Shown piece by piece: positions 8,068-17,279 of a stretch of 64,000 nt of DNA. Position 1 is the stretch's first letter, and every line of letters begins with the position of its first letter. The stretch lies in the IMG/VR virus record IMGVR_UViG_3300009104_001476, one strand, 5' to 3'. This stretch comes from a virus. The position numbers were made by a program, and so were the translations under genes. Under the pieces are notes generated by a model. It made no database searches. It saw only the letters and a list, made by a program, of their open reading frames with translations, and was not told the DNA's origin.

Positions 8068-10305
8068 ATGAAACCATTAGAGAAAAGACAAACCCTTAAA
8101 ACCAGCGGCATCCAAAAGTCTGTTAGCTTTGGAATCAAGCAGTCTGGCATCCACCACGTTCTAGGCATCTTGCGTGACCAACTTTATTCAGACAAGGTTC
8201 TTGCAATTATTCGTGAGTATTCTACCAATGCGGTTGACGCTCATATTGAAGCGGGAAATGCGGATCGTCCTATCGAAGTAACTTTCCCAACTAAATTAAA
8301 GCCAGTATTCAAGGTTCGTGACTTTGGTGATGGTCTTACAGAGCAAGAGATTCAAGACGTTTACGCTTTTTACGGTGAATCCACCAAACGTAATAGTAAC
8401 GACTGTACGGGTATGCTAGGTATCGGCTCAAAGTCTGCTTTCTCATACGGAGACAATTTCGTTATTAATTCTTTCGTAAAAGGTAAGAAGATTACTTACA
8501 ACGCCTTTATTGATCCGTCTCAAGTCGGCCAGATTTCCAAGCTGTCTGAAGAAGATACTGATGAAGAAGATGGTATTGAAATTTCTGTACCTGTTCGTGA
8601 GGATGATTGTCAGGAGTTCCTAGACAAAGGCAAGACTCTGTTTGAGTGGTTCTCCGTCCGTCCTAATGTGAAAGGTTGTAATCCTTTCGAGTATAAGGAC
8701 TCAAAAGTTTTATTTTCTGGTGATAATTGGGAGTGGAGAGATGTAGTGAGTGACAGGTATCACAGTTATCGTAGTCGTCATGGCGAGTTGACTGTTGTTA
8801 TGGGCAACATTGGATACCCTGTTGATTCCTCCGACTTGAATTTATCTTATGATGATAAAATTTCTCATCTTGTGTCGGAGAATTTGGTTTTGCGTGTGCC
8901 TATTGGAGATGTAGAGATTTCTGCTTCACGGGAAAAGTTACAGTTTACTGATTATACTCGTAAAAAGTTGAAGATGCACCTTCAAACGGTTCGTGAAGAA
9001 CTTTCTAGTACGATTAGCAAGCAGTTCAAAGTGTGTAACACCTTGTTTGAAGCGAAATGTTTATATGGCAGTACGTTCCGTACAGATTCGCCTTTGTATG
9101 CTTTAAGGGATGTTATTAAAGATCATCTTGTATGGAATGGTAAAACGGTAGATGGAGACTCCTACAACACTTACGGTACAGGTGGAGCAACTACGGTAAG
9201 GTTTAAGAAAAGTTATCGTGGTGAGCGTTACAAAAGTGACGAATGTGGCTCGTTCTCTTGCGATAAGAATTTGGTTCTTATCGAAAATGATATAGGGCAT
9301 CGTCGTGGAATGATGGGTAGGATTTTACCTATCATCCACAATCAGAAGAAAACTCCTGTCATGCTTGAGTTCCAATCTTTTTCTGACGGTGATAAAATCA
9401 TCAAAGCTGATAAGGTTCGTGCTAATTGGATTAAAAAGGAAAAATTCGATGGCACTCTTGTGAAGTTGTCGGAGTTGCCAAAGCATAAGATGAGTGAGTT
9501 CGTTGGTTATCAACGGAGTGCTTCCACTACCTCTGGAGGGGTTAAGAATGGTAAACATTCTGCAAAGTTATTTGAGCTTGATATAGTTACCGAAAGAAGG
9601 GGTTGGCATAGTCCAAAATCTGACTTTTGGAACATTGCGGAAGTAGACATGGATAACGGTGGAGTATTTGTAATTATTGACAAATTCAATGCTTTGAGAG
9701 GGTTGTCCGATGAGTGTGCTAGTCAACTTATCAATAAAGTTAAAGACTTAAAAGCTATTGGAGTTAAGGTTCCTAAAGTCTACGCAGTTAAGATTAAACA
9801 ACGTAGTCAGTTAGAGGGTAAAAAAGGTTGGCAGAATTTTTATGATTTTGCCAAGGAAAAAACCCTAGAGAAGTTAAACGAAGGTTCTTTAACTCAATCT
9901 TACGTCGATTACAAGTCTGCTACGGACTTTACTGGAAATCGTGAAGATGCTTGGGGTTCATATAAATCTGAAGCGTTGGAAATGTTACTGAAAGGATTGC
10001 CTCAACTAGCAGACAAAGAAGGAACGATAGCCACTTTCTTAACTAATTACCAGTTGATGAAATCGGCCAATGGTAAAGCCAAACAGTTGCAGAAATTGGT
10101 GGAGGTAGCGAACGAATATACTGACATTAAAAAGTTAAAGATTAAACCTACTTACGATCTAAAACAAGAGTTTAAGACCGTGATTGAAAAGTATTCGATG
10201 CTGAAGCACCTTGATTCTCATGGTTGGAGATGGAATAATACCAAGGAAATTCAAAGCGATGTCATTAATTACATTAACGTCATTGACCTTTGCAACAAGA
10301 GTTAG
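8068..10305 (+). CDS. rIIA: rIIA-like protein (GHKL/HSP90-type ATPase N-domain)
   Basis: IREYSTNAVDAH, VRDFGDGL and GESTKRNSN-x4-MLGIGSKS motifs; 745 aa; rIIB lies downstream. Confidence 0.85.
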   Translation: MKPLEKRQTLKTSGIQKSVSFGIKQSGIHHVLGILRDQLYSDKVLAIIREYSTNAVDAHIEAGNADRPIEVTFPTKLKPVFKVRDFGDGLTEQEIQDVYAFYGESTKRNSNDCTGMLGIGSKSAFSYGDNFVINSFVKGKKITYNAFIDPSQVGQISKLSEEDTDEEDGIEISVPVREDDCQEFLDKGKTLFEWFSVRPNVKGCNPFEYKDSKVLFSGDNWEWRDVVSDRYHSYRSRHGELTVVMGNIGYPVDSSDLNLSYDDKISHLVSENLVLRVPIGDVEISASREKLQFTDYTRKKLKMHLQTVREELSSTISKQFKVCNTLFEAKCLYGSTFRTDSPLYALRDVIKDHLVWNGKTVDGDSYNTYGTGGATTVRFKKSYRGERYKSDECGSFSCDKNLVLIENDIGHRRGMMGRILPIIHNQKKTPVMLEFQSFSDGDKIIKADKVRANWIKKEKFDGTLVKLSELPKHKMSEFVGYQRSASTTSGGVKNGKHSAKLFELDIVTERRGWHSPKSDFWNIAEVDMDNGGVFVIIDKFNALRGLSDECASQLINKVKDLKAIGVKVPKVYAVKIKQRSQLEGKKGWQNFYDFAKEKTLEKLNEGSLTQSYVDYKSATDFTGNREDAWGSYKSEALEMLLKGLPQLADKEGTIATFLTNYQLMKSANGKAKQLQKLVEVANEYTDIKKLKIKPTYDLKQEFKTVIEKYSMLKHLDSHGWRWNNTKEIQSDVINYINVIDLCNKS

Positions 10306-10346
10306 ATTCGGTAGGTATTTGAGTGGTTTCGACTACTGAATCATTT

Positions 10347-10380
10347 AGAGGCGGCTTTTCTTTCGGGAGGAGTCGCCTCT
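10347..10380 (+). terminator. 15 bp UUCG hairpin after rIIA
   Basis: AGAGGCGGCTTTTCT-TTCG-GGAGGAGTCGCCTCT; the U-tract is weak. Confidence 0.55.
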
Positions 10381-10427
10381 CTACTGTAAATTAATTTAAA
10401 ATTTTTTAAAAATTAGAGAAGATTATT

Positions 10428-10595
10428 ATGAGTAAACAAGAAAACATAGACGGGGTACAGCTTGAGAAACTTCTTGCAAAGTACGAAAAAGAGTACGAGA
10501 GTATTATAGTGATGGATGATTATGATGGAGGCCGAAAAGAAGCCTTGAGAGTAGTCATAGAAGATTTGCATAAAAAAATGTGGTGGACAATTTAG
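10428..10595 (+). CDS. hypothetical protein
   Basis: 55 aa ORF translated by hand; ATTATG start. Confidence 0.5.
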   Translation: MSKQENIDGVQLEKLLAKYEKEYESIIVMDDYDGGRKEALRVVIEDLHKKMWWTI

Positions 10596-10665
10596 AAAAT
10601 TTATTATTCCTTCTCTTGCGAGAAGAAAACTATTAAATTAATAATTATTAGGATTTGAAAAAATT

Positions 10666-11016
10666 ATGGAAAAACCAAAATTATCTTACTCAAGGCTGGA
10701 AGAAAAGCCATTACTATTTAATCAAGCAGCAATCGAAGCGGCAGTAGAGCATCTGAATAAACATGATGCTTATTACTATCAAGGTCTGCCAGAATTTGAA
10801 GCTGATGATAAATTTAAAGATTATTATATTCAAGAACACAATAGAGAACCAGAACAAGAAGATATTCAAAAGTATGTGGTAGATTTAATTATGGAGTGCG
10901 TAGAAGAAAACAAGAAAGAGCAGGAGAGAGTAGAGAAAAGTAAAGAGTCTTGTTCAAGGGTTAATATCTCACAAGGCCAAGAATATAATTCTAAAAAAAG
11001 AAAGAAAAAGGGTTGA
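10666..11016 (+). CDS. hypothetical protein
   Basis: ORF with ATTATG start. Confidence 0.55.
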   Translation: MEKPKLSYSRLEEKPLLFNQAAIEAAVEHLNKHDAYYYQGLPEFEADDKFKDYYIQEHNREPEQEDIQKYVVDLIMECVEENKKEQERVEKSKESCSRVNISQGQEYNSKKRKKKG

Positions 11017-11075
11017 CCCCGCTTTAACCATCTGTATAATAGAGAGAGTAAGCAGTTAAAGAAGGAAAAAATTAT

Positions 11076-11897
11076 ATGATACCATATATCTTAACCGAAA
11101 AGAGTCTAACGGTTGTAATCGAAGGCAAGGCTCATACTATGAACAACGATCACCCATCGTTTGAACGTGCTAAAGAAGCGTTAAAGGACGAGGAGTGGGA
11201 GCGTTTAGAAAACCTATTTGATGTATCGAAGGCAGTCGAAGACTATCTTGATTCAGATGCAGAAATCGAGGTAAAGGATGGAGCAGTATTCTACCAAGGT
11301 GAATCAGTTCACAACTTGGTCGTGGATAAGATTTTGAACTTCATGCGTAACAATGAGCCATATCAACCCTTGATTAAATTCCTTGGGAATATGATGGATA
11401 ACCCATCTCATCGTGCTATTGATGAGCTATACTCTTTCTTGGAGCATAAGGCGATGCCTATTACTCCTGACGGCAATTTCCTTGCCTACAAGGGTGTAAC
11501 CGATGATTTCAAGGACTTCCATACTCGTACCTTCTCCAATAAGGTTGGAGATGTGCTTGAAATGCGTAGGAATGGTGTGTGTGACGATGCTAACCTTGGT
11601 TGTTCGTCAGGATTCCATGCTGGTAGCTATGACTACGCTAAAGGGTATGCGAGTAACGGAGGCAATCTTATGATTGTTGAAATTAATCCAGCAGACGTTG
11701 TAAGCGTCCCTTATGATTGCAGTTGTCAGAAGTTGCGTACATCCAAGTATAAGGTTGTGGGTCATTACGAAACAGTTGATGCCCCGCCCTTAAATGAAGG
11801 TCTGAATACCGATTTTGGTGATTGGGATGAAGATTATAGTAGTGATTGGAATGAGGGTTACGAACAGGCCAAGAAGGACTTTGGGCTTGACGATTAG
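11076..11897 (+). CDS. rIIB: rIIB-like protein
   Basis: FLAYKGV, CSSGFHAGSYDYA, VEINPADVVSVP and KLRTSKYKVV motifs. Confidence 0.85.
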   Translation: MIPYILTEKSLTVVIEGKAHTMNNDHPSFERAKEALKDEEWERLENLFDVSKAVEDYLDSDAEIEVKDGAVFYQGESVHNLVVDKILNFMRNNEPYQPLIKFLGNMMDNPSHRAIDELYSFLEHKAMPITPDGNFLAYKGVTDDFKDFHTRTFSNKVGDVLEMRRNGVCDDANLGCSSGFHAGSYDYAKGYASNGGNLMIVEINPADVVSVPYDCSCQKLRTSKYKVVGHYETVDAPPLNEGLNTDFGDWDEDYSSDWNEGYEQAKKDFGLDD

Positions 11898-11937
11898 GAG
11901 AAAGTAATCTGCGTGTTGCTATACACGGGGGGAACAA

Positions 11938-11986
11938 AAACGAGGTCGTTGAGCTTGCCTTCAGCTTGATGGCCTCGTTTTATTTT
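11938..11986 (+). terminator. long intrinsic terminator after rIIB
   Basis: AAACGAGGTCGTTGAGCT...AGCTTGATGGCCTCGTTT followed by a T-rich run. Confidence 0.7.
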
Positions 11987-12020
11987 AAAATTATTTTAAA
12001 TTTAATATAATTCGAGAAAG

Positions 12021-12317
12021 ATGTTTAAAGCAAAACCATACGTTAAAGTAGGAACAGGGGAGTGGATTGCAATTATCCCCCGTCCTCCAAAATATGCCAC
12101 ACACGCCGTTCTAACGATGCACAACGATTTGAAGGAGAATGGTAAGCCCAAGACGGCAACTCTCCCCATACAGGATTTTGGGTGCTTTAAAGGGGTATCT
12201 GGGAGCTTTCACTATATCCGTATGGACAACAGGCGTAAGGTGCATGAGGAGTATAAAGAAAGTTGGAAATGGAACGGTAGAGAGGTCGAAGGCATAGAGC
12301 AACTATTAGAACAATAG
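12021..12317 (+). CDS. hypothetical protein
   Basis: ORF followed by hairpin AACGGGGC-ATTT-GCTCCGTT and a T-run. Confidence 0.6.
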   Translation: MFKAKPYVKVGTGEWIAIIPRPPKYATHAVLTMHNDLKENGKPKTATLPIQDFGCFKGVSGSFHYIRMDNRRKVHEEYKESWKWNGREVEGIEQLLEQ

Positions 12318-12768
12318 AATTATTTAAAATTTTAATTAATTTGAACGGGGCATTTGCTCCGTTATTTTTTTCATTTATTCCTTGCTTATACCCATGCTTA
12401 AACTATGTTGAAAGGTAGTTTGAGTGTCTTATTACATATACAAGAGACTCTTTTTAATATATGAATTAATAGGTATAAAAAATGGATGTAATTATTGTTA
12501 TTGGGGGAGCGTTACTGTTAATGTATATGTCTACCCCAAAGAGAGAAAGCGGAGAGGGAGGGACTAATGTGTCCATAAACGACTCAAAAGGTGATGATAA
12601 TAGCCTATTTAGTTGGTTCTTCTAGGTTGTCTGATATAGGAGGAAATATAGAGTAGAATAATAGGAGTAATCACTTATTATTATTATTGTGTGTATAAAC
12701 ATGGGTATGTGTAAAATTTATATTTAATTTAATATAATTATTTAAAACTTATTTATTTATTTTTAATT

Positions 12769-12975
12769 ATGAAGATAGAAGCTAACAAGAAAAAAGATTT
12801 ATTTAAAATTTATGTCAATGCTGCTTTAAGCAATGTACGGGCATGGAATAAGAAAGTAAAGGGAACAAAATATGCTATCAATAAAAAAGATAGTTATTCA
12901 GATAAATTATTAAAAATTTATAGATATGCTAATGAGCATGAAGAATCTGACTATAACAGCGGCCCCCAATTATAA
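12769..12975 (+). CDS. hypothetical protein
   Basis: ORF in a very AT-rich region. Confidence 0.45.
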   Translation: MKIEANKKKDLFKIYVNAALSNVRAWNKKVKGTKYAINKKDSYSDKLLKIYRYANEHEESDYNSGPQL

Positions 12976-13193
12976 ATAATATATTATAATTTAATTTAAT
13001 TATATTTAATTTTTGTAGGTTGTCTGATTTTCTCGAAATAAAGCACTTGACCCTCCTATAACTATATGTTATAATATATATGTTGATGGGGTAGGTCTCA
13101 TAGCATAGTGTGTGTTGTTCATAAGCGAAGTCCTCTGTCCTGCGAGTGTAGGATGGAGGATTTTCGTGTAAATATAGGTGATGAAACAACACT

Positions 13194-13427
13194 ATGTATT
13201 TCTACGCTTGTCCATACTGCGCTCCGTGCGCCCAAGCTCATCTCTTTCTGTCGAAAGAGAAAGCGGTACAGTGTGGTTGTAAGCAGGGGTTCTTCAACAA
13301 AGATAAAGAATGTAAGAAACAAAAATATAAATGTAAAGAGGTTTGGAAATGCAGAAAATGTAAAGAGGTTTGGGTTGAGTCAGAAGAATTTTTAAAAGAG
13401 CAAAAAAGAAAAATAAAAGATGGATAA
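13194..13427 (+). CDS. Cys-rich putative zinc-binding protein
   Basis: CPYC-x2-C, CGC and CRKC motifs; internal 18 bp duplication AAATGTAAAGAGGTTTGG. Confidence 0.45.
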   Translation: MYFYACPYCAPCAQAHLFLSKEKAVQCGCKQGFFNKDKECKKQKYKCKEVWKCRKCKEVWVESEEFLKEQKRKIKDG

Positions 13428-13684
13428 TATAATAATAATTATTACATTGATAGTAGCTCCTTATTTATTTTGGAAAATATGGAATCGCTCCAAATGGTAG
13501 GTTGTAGGATTCGCTCGAAATAACCGTAGGTTGTAGGATTTTTGACTAAATAAATACAGGGGGTAGATTCTAGGTGATTTTAGGTGATTATTTACAATTA
13601 GATTGTTATAGGCAAAATTTTAAATAATTTTAAATAATTTTAGGCTTGTTTCAAATCTAACTATATATACTATAAAAGGACAAT

Positions 13685-13969
13685 ATGACTACTTCAAAAT
13701 CTCAAAGATCAAAAAAGAAAATAAATAAACGACCTAATGACAATAATCTTGTATTAAGATATGAAGATGCTTGGAATTATATCGTTAGCCATATGCCTTT
13801 ATGGAAGCAGGACATTGTAATAAACATGACTCCAGAAGAAGCTAAAGAAAAAGAAGTGCATGAACGTGCGAGTCAGATATTTGATGAGATGGCTAAAGAA
13901 GTGAGGAAGTTAGCTGAGTCAAATAGGAAGATTCCACCGCCTAAAGAGAACTGGTCAAAGCCCGAATGA
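13685..13969 (+). CDS. hypothetical protein
   Basis: Class B promoter 13646-13673, AAGGA ribosome-binding site, and a terminator at about 13983-14010. Confidence 0.65.
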   Translation: MTTSKSQRSKKKINKRPNDNNLVLRYEDAWNYIVSHMPLWKQDIVINMTPEEAKEKEVHERASQIFDEMAKEVRKLAESNRKIPPPKENWSKPE

Positions 13970-14055
13970 TTGTTACAATTAAACCCGCCGCTCTGGCGGG
14001 TATTTTTTTTAAAAAATTATCTTGTTTTATTTTTAACTTTAATTAAAATGGATGT

Positions 14056-14385
14056 ATGCCAGTTAAGAAGAAAACGAAAAACAAAGACGGCTCCATACGA
14101 AAGAAAGGTTCGGGTCGTACAAAAGGTTCGGTTAGTTTTGTAGAGGTTAGTCTAGGAGACTTAAAACAATCTCTTGAGCCTTTGGGAGACAACGCCACTA
14201 TCCTTGTAGGACGTAAGTGGGTGGAAGGTCTTGAAATGGTGGGCATACGTTTATCTGCAAAGAAGTTAGACTCTTGCCAAGCTACCAGTAAAGGCAACAT
14301 CGAAGCAGCAACTACTTCAGTAGACATGAAGGTAGAGGACTTTGATAGTGATGATGAAGTAGGGATAGATGAAGTAGAATTTTAA
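14056..14385 (+). CDS. hypothetical protein (basic N-terminus, acidic C-terminus)
   Basis: ORF; KKGSGRTKGS resembles an AT-hook. Confidence 0.6.
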   Translation: MPVKKKTKNKDGSIRKKGSGRTKGSVSFVEVSLGDLKQSLEPLGDNATILVGRKWVEGLEMVGIRLSAKKLDSCQATSKGNIEAATTSVDMKVEDFDSDDEVGIDEVEF

Positions 14386-14438
14386 ATAATTTTATTTTAT
14401 TCTTGTGTCTGTTTTAACTATGTGCATAATTGATAAAG

Positions 14439-15386
14439 ATGAGCGACAAAACCACTAAACTATTTCCTGACATTGTTGGTCAGGACAAAGCAAAGAAGAA
14501 ACTTATGTTCTTCCATCGAGGCTATAAAGCCTCTGGGATCATTCCACACCTTATGTTTATCGCACCCAAGGGATGCGGTAAGACCACTCTTGCCAAAGCT
14601 ATTGGTAAGAACCTTGAGGGTGAGAAGGGCAAGCCAAAGCGTTTCCTTGAGATCAACTGTTCTACTATCAAGAACGTGAAGCAGTTCTTCAATCAAGTAA
14701 TCGTACCTCACGTTGCGAATAAAGAATGTACCGTTCTTTTTGACGAAGCCAGCGAGCTTCCCAAGGATGTGACAATGATGTTACTGACCTGTCTGAACCC
14801 GAACGAGAACAATCGTAACGAGTTTGCGTATGAAGATTATGTTGTTGATTTCGATTTTCGTATCCACTCGTTTCTGTTCGCCACTACCGAAGCTCATAAG
14901 ATTTTCCATGCGTTGATGGATCGTTGCGAGCGTATTGATCTGGAGGAATACTCCTATAATCAGTTAGGCACGATCATCTCTCGTCAGATGAAAGGTATTA
15001 AGTTTGAGAAGGGCGTTCTTGAGGATGTCGCCACTATCCTGCGAGGCAACGCCCGTGCTGCTCAAAAGATGGCAAACAACATGAAATCCTACTTAAAGGT
15101 TAAGGGTTCTGATAAGTTTATGAACAAAGATTGGGAGATCATGCGTGACGAATTGGGCATCCTACCTTTAGGCGTGAATCGTATTGAGCTTATCGTGTTG
15201 AAGGCACTGAAGGAGAAAAAAGAATGTTCACTGACTCACCTTGCTGCCAAGACGGGGTTGACTCCTCAATGTCTGCGTCAAGATTTTGAGATGTACCTTC
15301 AGAAGATGAATCTGATGGAGATTACAACCAGTGGTCGTGCGCTTACCAAAACAGGGCATGAATACTTGGAGCGGGAGGATGTTTAA
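14439..15386 (+). CDS. ruvB: RuvB-like Holliday-junction AAA+ ATPase
   Basis: DIVGQ, Walker A APKGCGKT, Walker B FDEA, ATT sensor, RGNAR, and C-terminal winged helix EMYLQKMNLMEITTSGRALT. Confidence 0.85.
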   Translation: MSDKTTKLFPDIVGQDKAKKKLMFFHRGYKASGIIPHLMFIAPKGCGKTTLAKAIGKNLEGEKGKPKRFLEINCSTIKNVKQFFNQVIVPHVANKECTVLFDEASELPKDVTMMLLTCLNPNENNRNEFAYEDYVVDFDFRIHSFLFATTEAHKIFHALMDRCERIDLEEYSYNQLGTIISRQMKGIKFEKGVLEDVATILRGNARAAQKMANNMKSYLKVKGSDKFMNKDWEIMRDELGILPLGVNRIELIVLKALKEKKECSLTHLAAKTGLTPQCLRQDFEMYLQKMNLMEITTSGRALTKTGHEYLEREDV

Positions 15387-15699
15387 AGTGATAGATCAAA
15401 CCTCATATAGTATTTATAAAGATATGGAGTTAGATACTGTAACCCGTTGGAGTGAAAATAATTGGAAATGTATAACTACAAATGGATTCTATTTAAATAT
15501 AAAAATTAAAGGCGGCACACTATATGCTGATTTAGCTGAAACAGAAAATGAGTTAGGATATAATGCAATGCCATTAATTAAATATGATAATAAAACTTTA
15601 AAGGAATGGGTTCTAAATAATAAAAAGGAAACATCATTTGAACAAATAAAAGAATTTATGAATTGGACTTGCGCTTCTGACAAAATATGGGATATTTAA
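15379..15699 (+). CDS. hypothetical protein
   Basis: GGAGG ribosome-binding site; overlaps the end of ruvB. Confidence 0.55.
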   Translation: MFKVIDQTSYSIYKDMELDTVTRWSENNWKCITTNGFYLNIKIKGGTLYADLAETENELGYNAMPLIKYDNKTLKEWVLNNKKETSFEQIKEFMNWTCASDKIWDI

Positions 15700-16102
15700 C
15701 ACGATGAAAAATAAGAATAAAACATACTTGATTCAAGTAACTACCAAAGGAAATAAAGCTGAAGTCACTCAAGCAATGGAGGTGACAAGTAACGGATACG
15801 TTCCGACTGACAAACGTCAGGTTACTCGACAAGTGCTAAATAAGGCTTCTACATTCGTTACCAAGTAGCGAAATAAAGTAGAACAGGCCGCCTACCCTTT
15901 CTGTCGTTCATCTGGGGGTGGGCGGTTTTTTGTTAAATAGTCAAATAAAGGAGTGTAAATAAAGACAGTAAGATAATTTGCGGCAAGGCTAGGACGCTTG
16001 TTCCGAAATTATATTTTAGGCTGGATAAAGAATCTTATTATTATTAATTAGGTCATATTATAGCTTGCTTTCCATTCAACTATCTCTATAATAGGAGGAC
16101 AT

Positions 16103-16402
16103 ATGAAACAATTCAACACACCAACTATATTATTTATTATTGTATTTAGTATTTATTTTTTATGTGGATGTTCTTCTCCTAATACAGTGGAGTATCTTTC
16201 TCCGTCTATGAGAGGAGCTTTCGGCCCACCAGCTAAAAAGGTTGAAGATAAGTCGCCTTGGGGTGACTTGAATAAACAGTATATCAGACAGATGTGGGGT
16301 AGATTCCCGAACGGAAGGCCTTGGAAGGGATCTTATGCTAGGCCAAATCCGTGGAAACACTCATACAGAGACGATGTTTATTGGAGTTGGAATTTCAAAT
16401 AA
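16103..16402 (+). CDS. putative lipoprotein
   Basis: Hydrophobic N-terminus with LCG-C lipobox, class B promoter 16065-16092, AGGAGG ribosome-binding site. Confidence 0.6.
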   Translation: MKQFNTPTILFIIVFSIYFLCGCSSPNTVEYLSPSMRGAFGPPAKKVEDKSPWGDLNKQYIRQMWGRFPNGRPWKGSYARPNPWKHSYRDDVYWSWNFK

Positions 16403-16440
16403 AAAACTTGCGTTTAGATTAACTACCCGTATAATGGGTA

Positions 16441-16920
16441 TAGTTCTTTGAGAGATTGACAATTTAAGTTGCGGAAACGCGACAACAATTTAAGCTGACG
16501 ACGGTTGGCTTAAGGGAATGGCTGAACAACCCTCCATCATAAGGGGTAAGGCATAGGGATACGTGTTAGAGTATAATCGTATGAGACACGTGTTTCTAGT
16601 AGACTGGTAAACTTGAACTGTATTGTGCACTGGTCTTGATGGTAATGCAGCAATCCATCTTCCCATTAATTTTGTGCGTGGTGCTGGGTTACAGGCCACG
16701 TAACAGGAAGAAACACAGGTTACCTCAACCGGAAGCGCGTAAGTATTCCTCGCGTCTGCAAAGGGAGAAGCAGCGGGTAACCAACGTGAGATCCCAAAAT
16801 TTCCGTAGTCCAAAATCAAAGGGCTACGGTTTCAACAAGGTCGGGAAAAACAAACGCAGTTGATGCGCCCGTTAAAGATGAGTTCACACCGAACGTGACC
16901 ATCGCCTTGTTATTTTTTTT
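16441..16920 (+). ncRNA. large structured non-coding RNA of unassigned family
   Basis: Own promoter (TTGCGT 16408, TATAAT 16430), many G-U-containing helices, ends in CCTTGTT plus T8, no credible ORF. Confidence 0.7.
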
Positions 16921-17279
16921 GCCCTAATAGCACTTGGCACGAATCGTGCTGCCCGATTTCAACCAAGTGTCAAGCGTAAAGTTATTCACACCTCAAAAAA
17001 TTTCTTAAAATCAACGAATTTCACACCGGAGAAAGTGGGGGTAAACAAGAAATTTTCAGGCATGATACCTCACAAAAGCAGGGCTTTCTTTCAAAACAAT
17101 TACCCCCTTTGTCGCTCATTAATTGCCATAATTGATTGACAAACTATTTTGCCGCTCATTTGTGATCGACAAAAAAATGCATCTAATGTGCATTTAATGC
17201 TTGTCACAGGCTTAACTATGCTTATAATGGTTATAACAGTTTGAGACATTAACACTAGAAAAAAGGAACTATATATATT

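Noticed and set aside
16490-16863. ORFs 16490-16819 (-) and 16636-16863 (+)
   Set aside because: No ribosome-binding site or recognisable motif; they overlap the heavily paired RNA and are treated as spurious.
16441-16920. tmRNA, RNase P, SRP or group II intron
   Set aside because: No tRNA-like GGGG...CCA ends or tag ORF, no RNase P P4 consensus, no SRP GGAA motif. GTGCG occurs near 16675, but no domain V was found.
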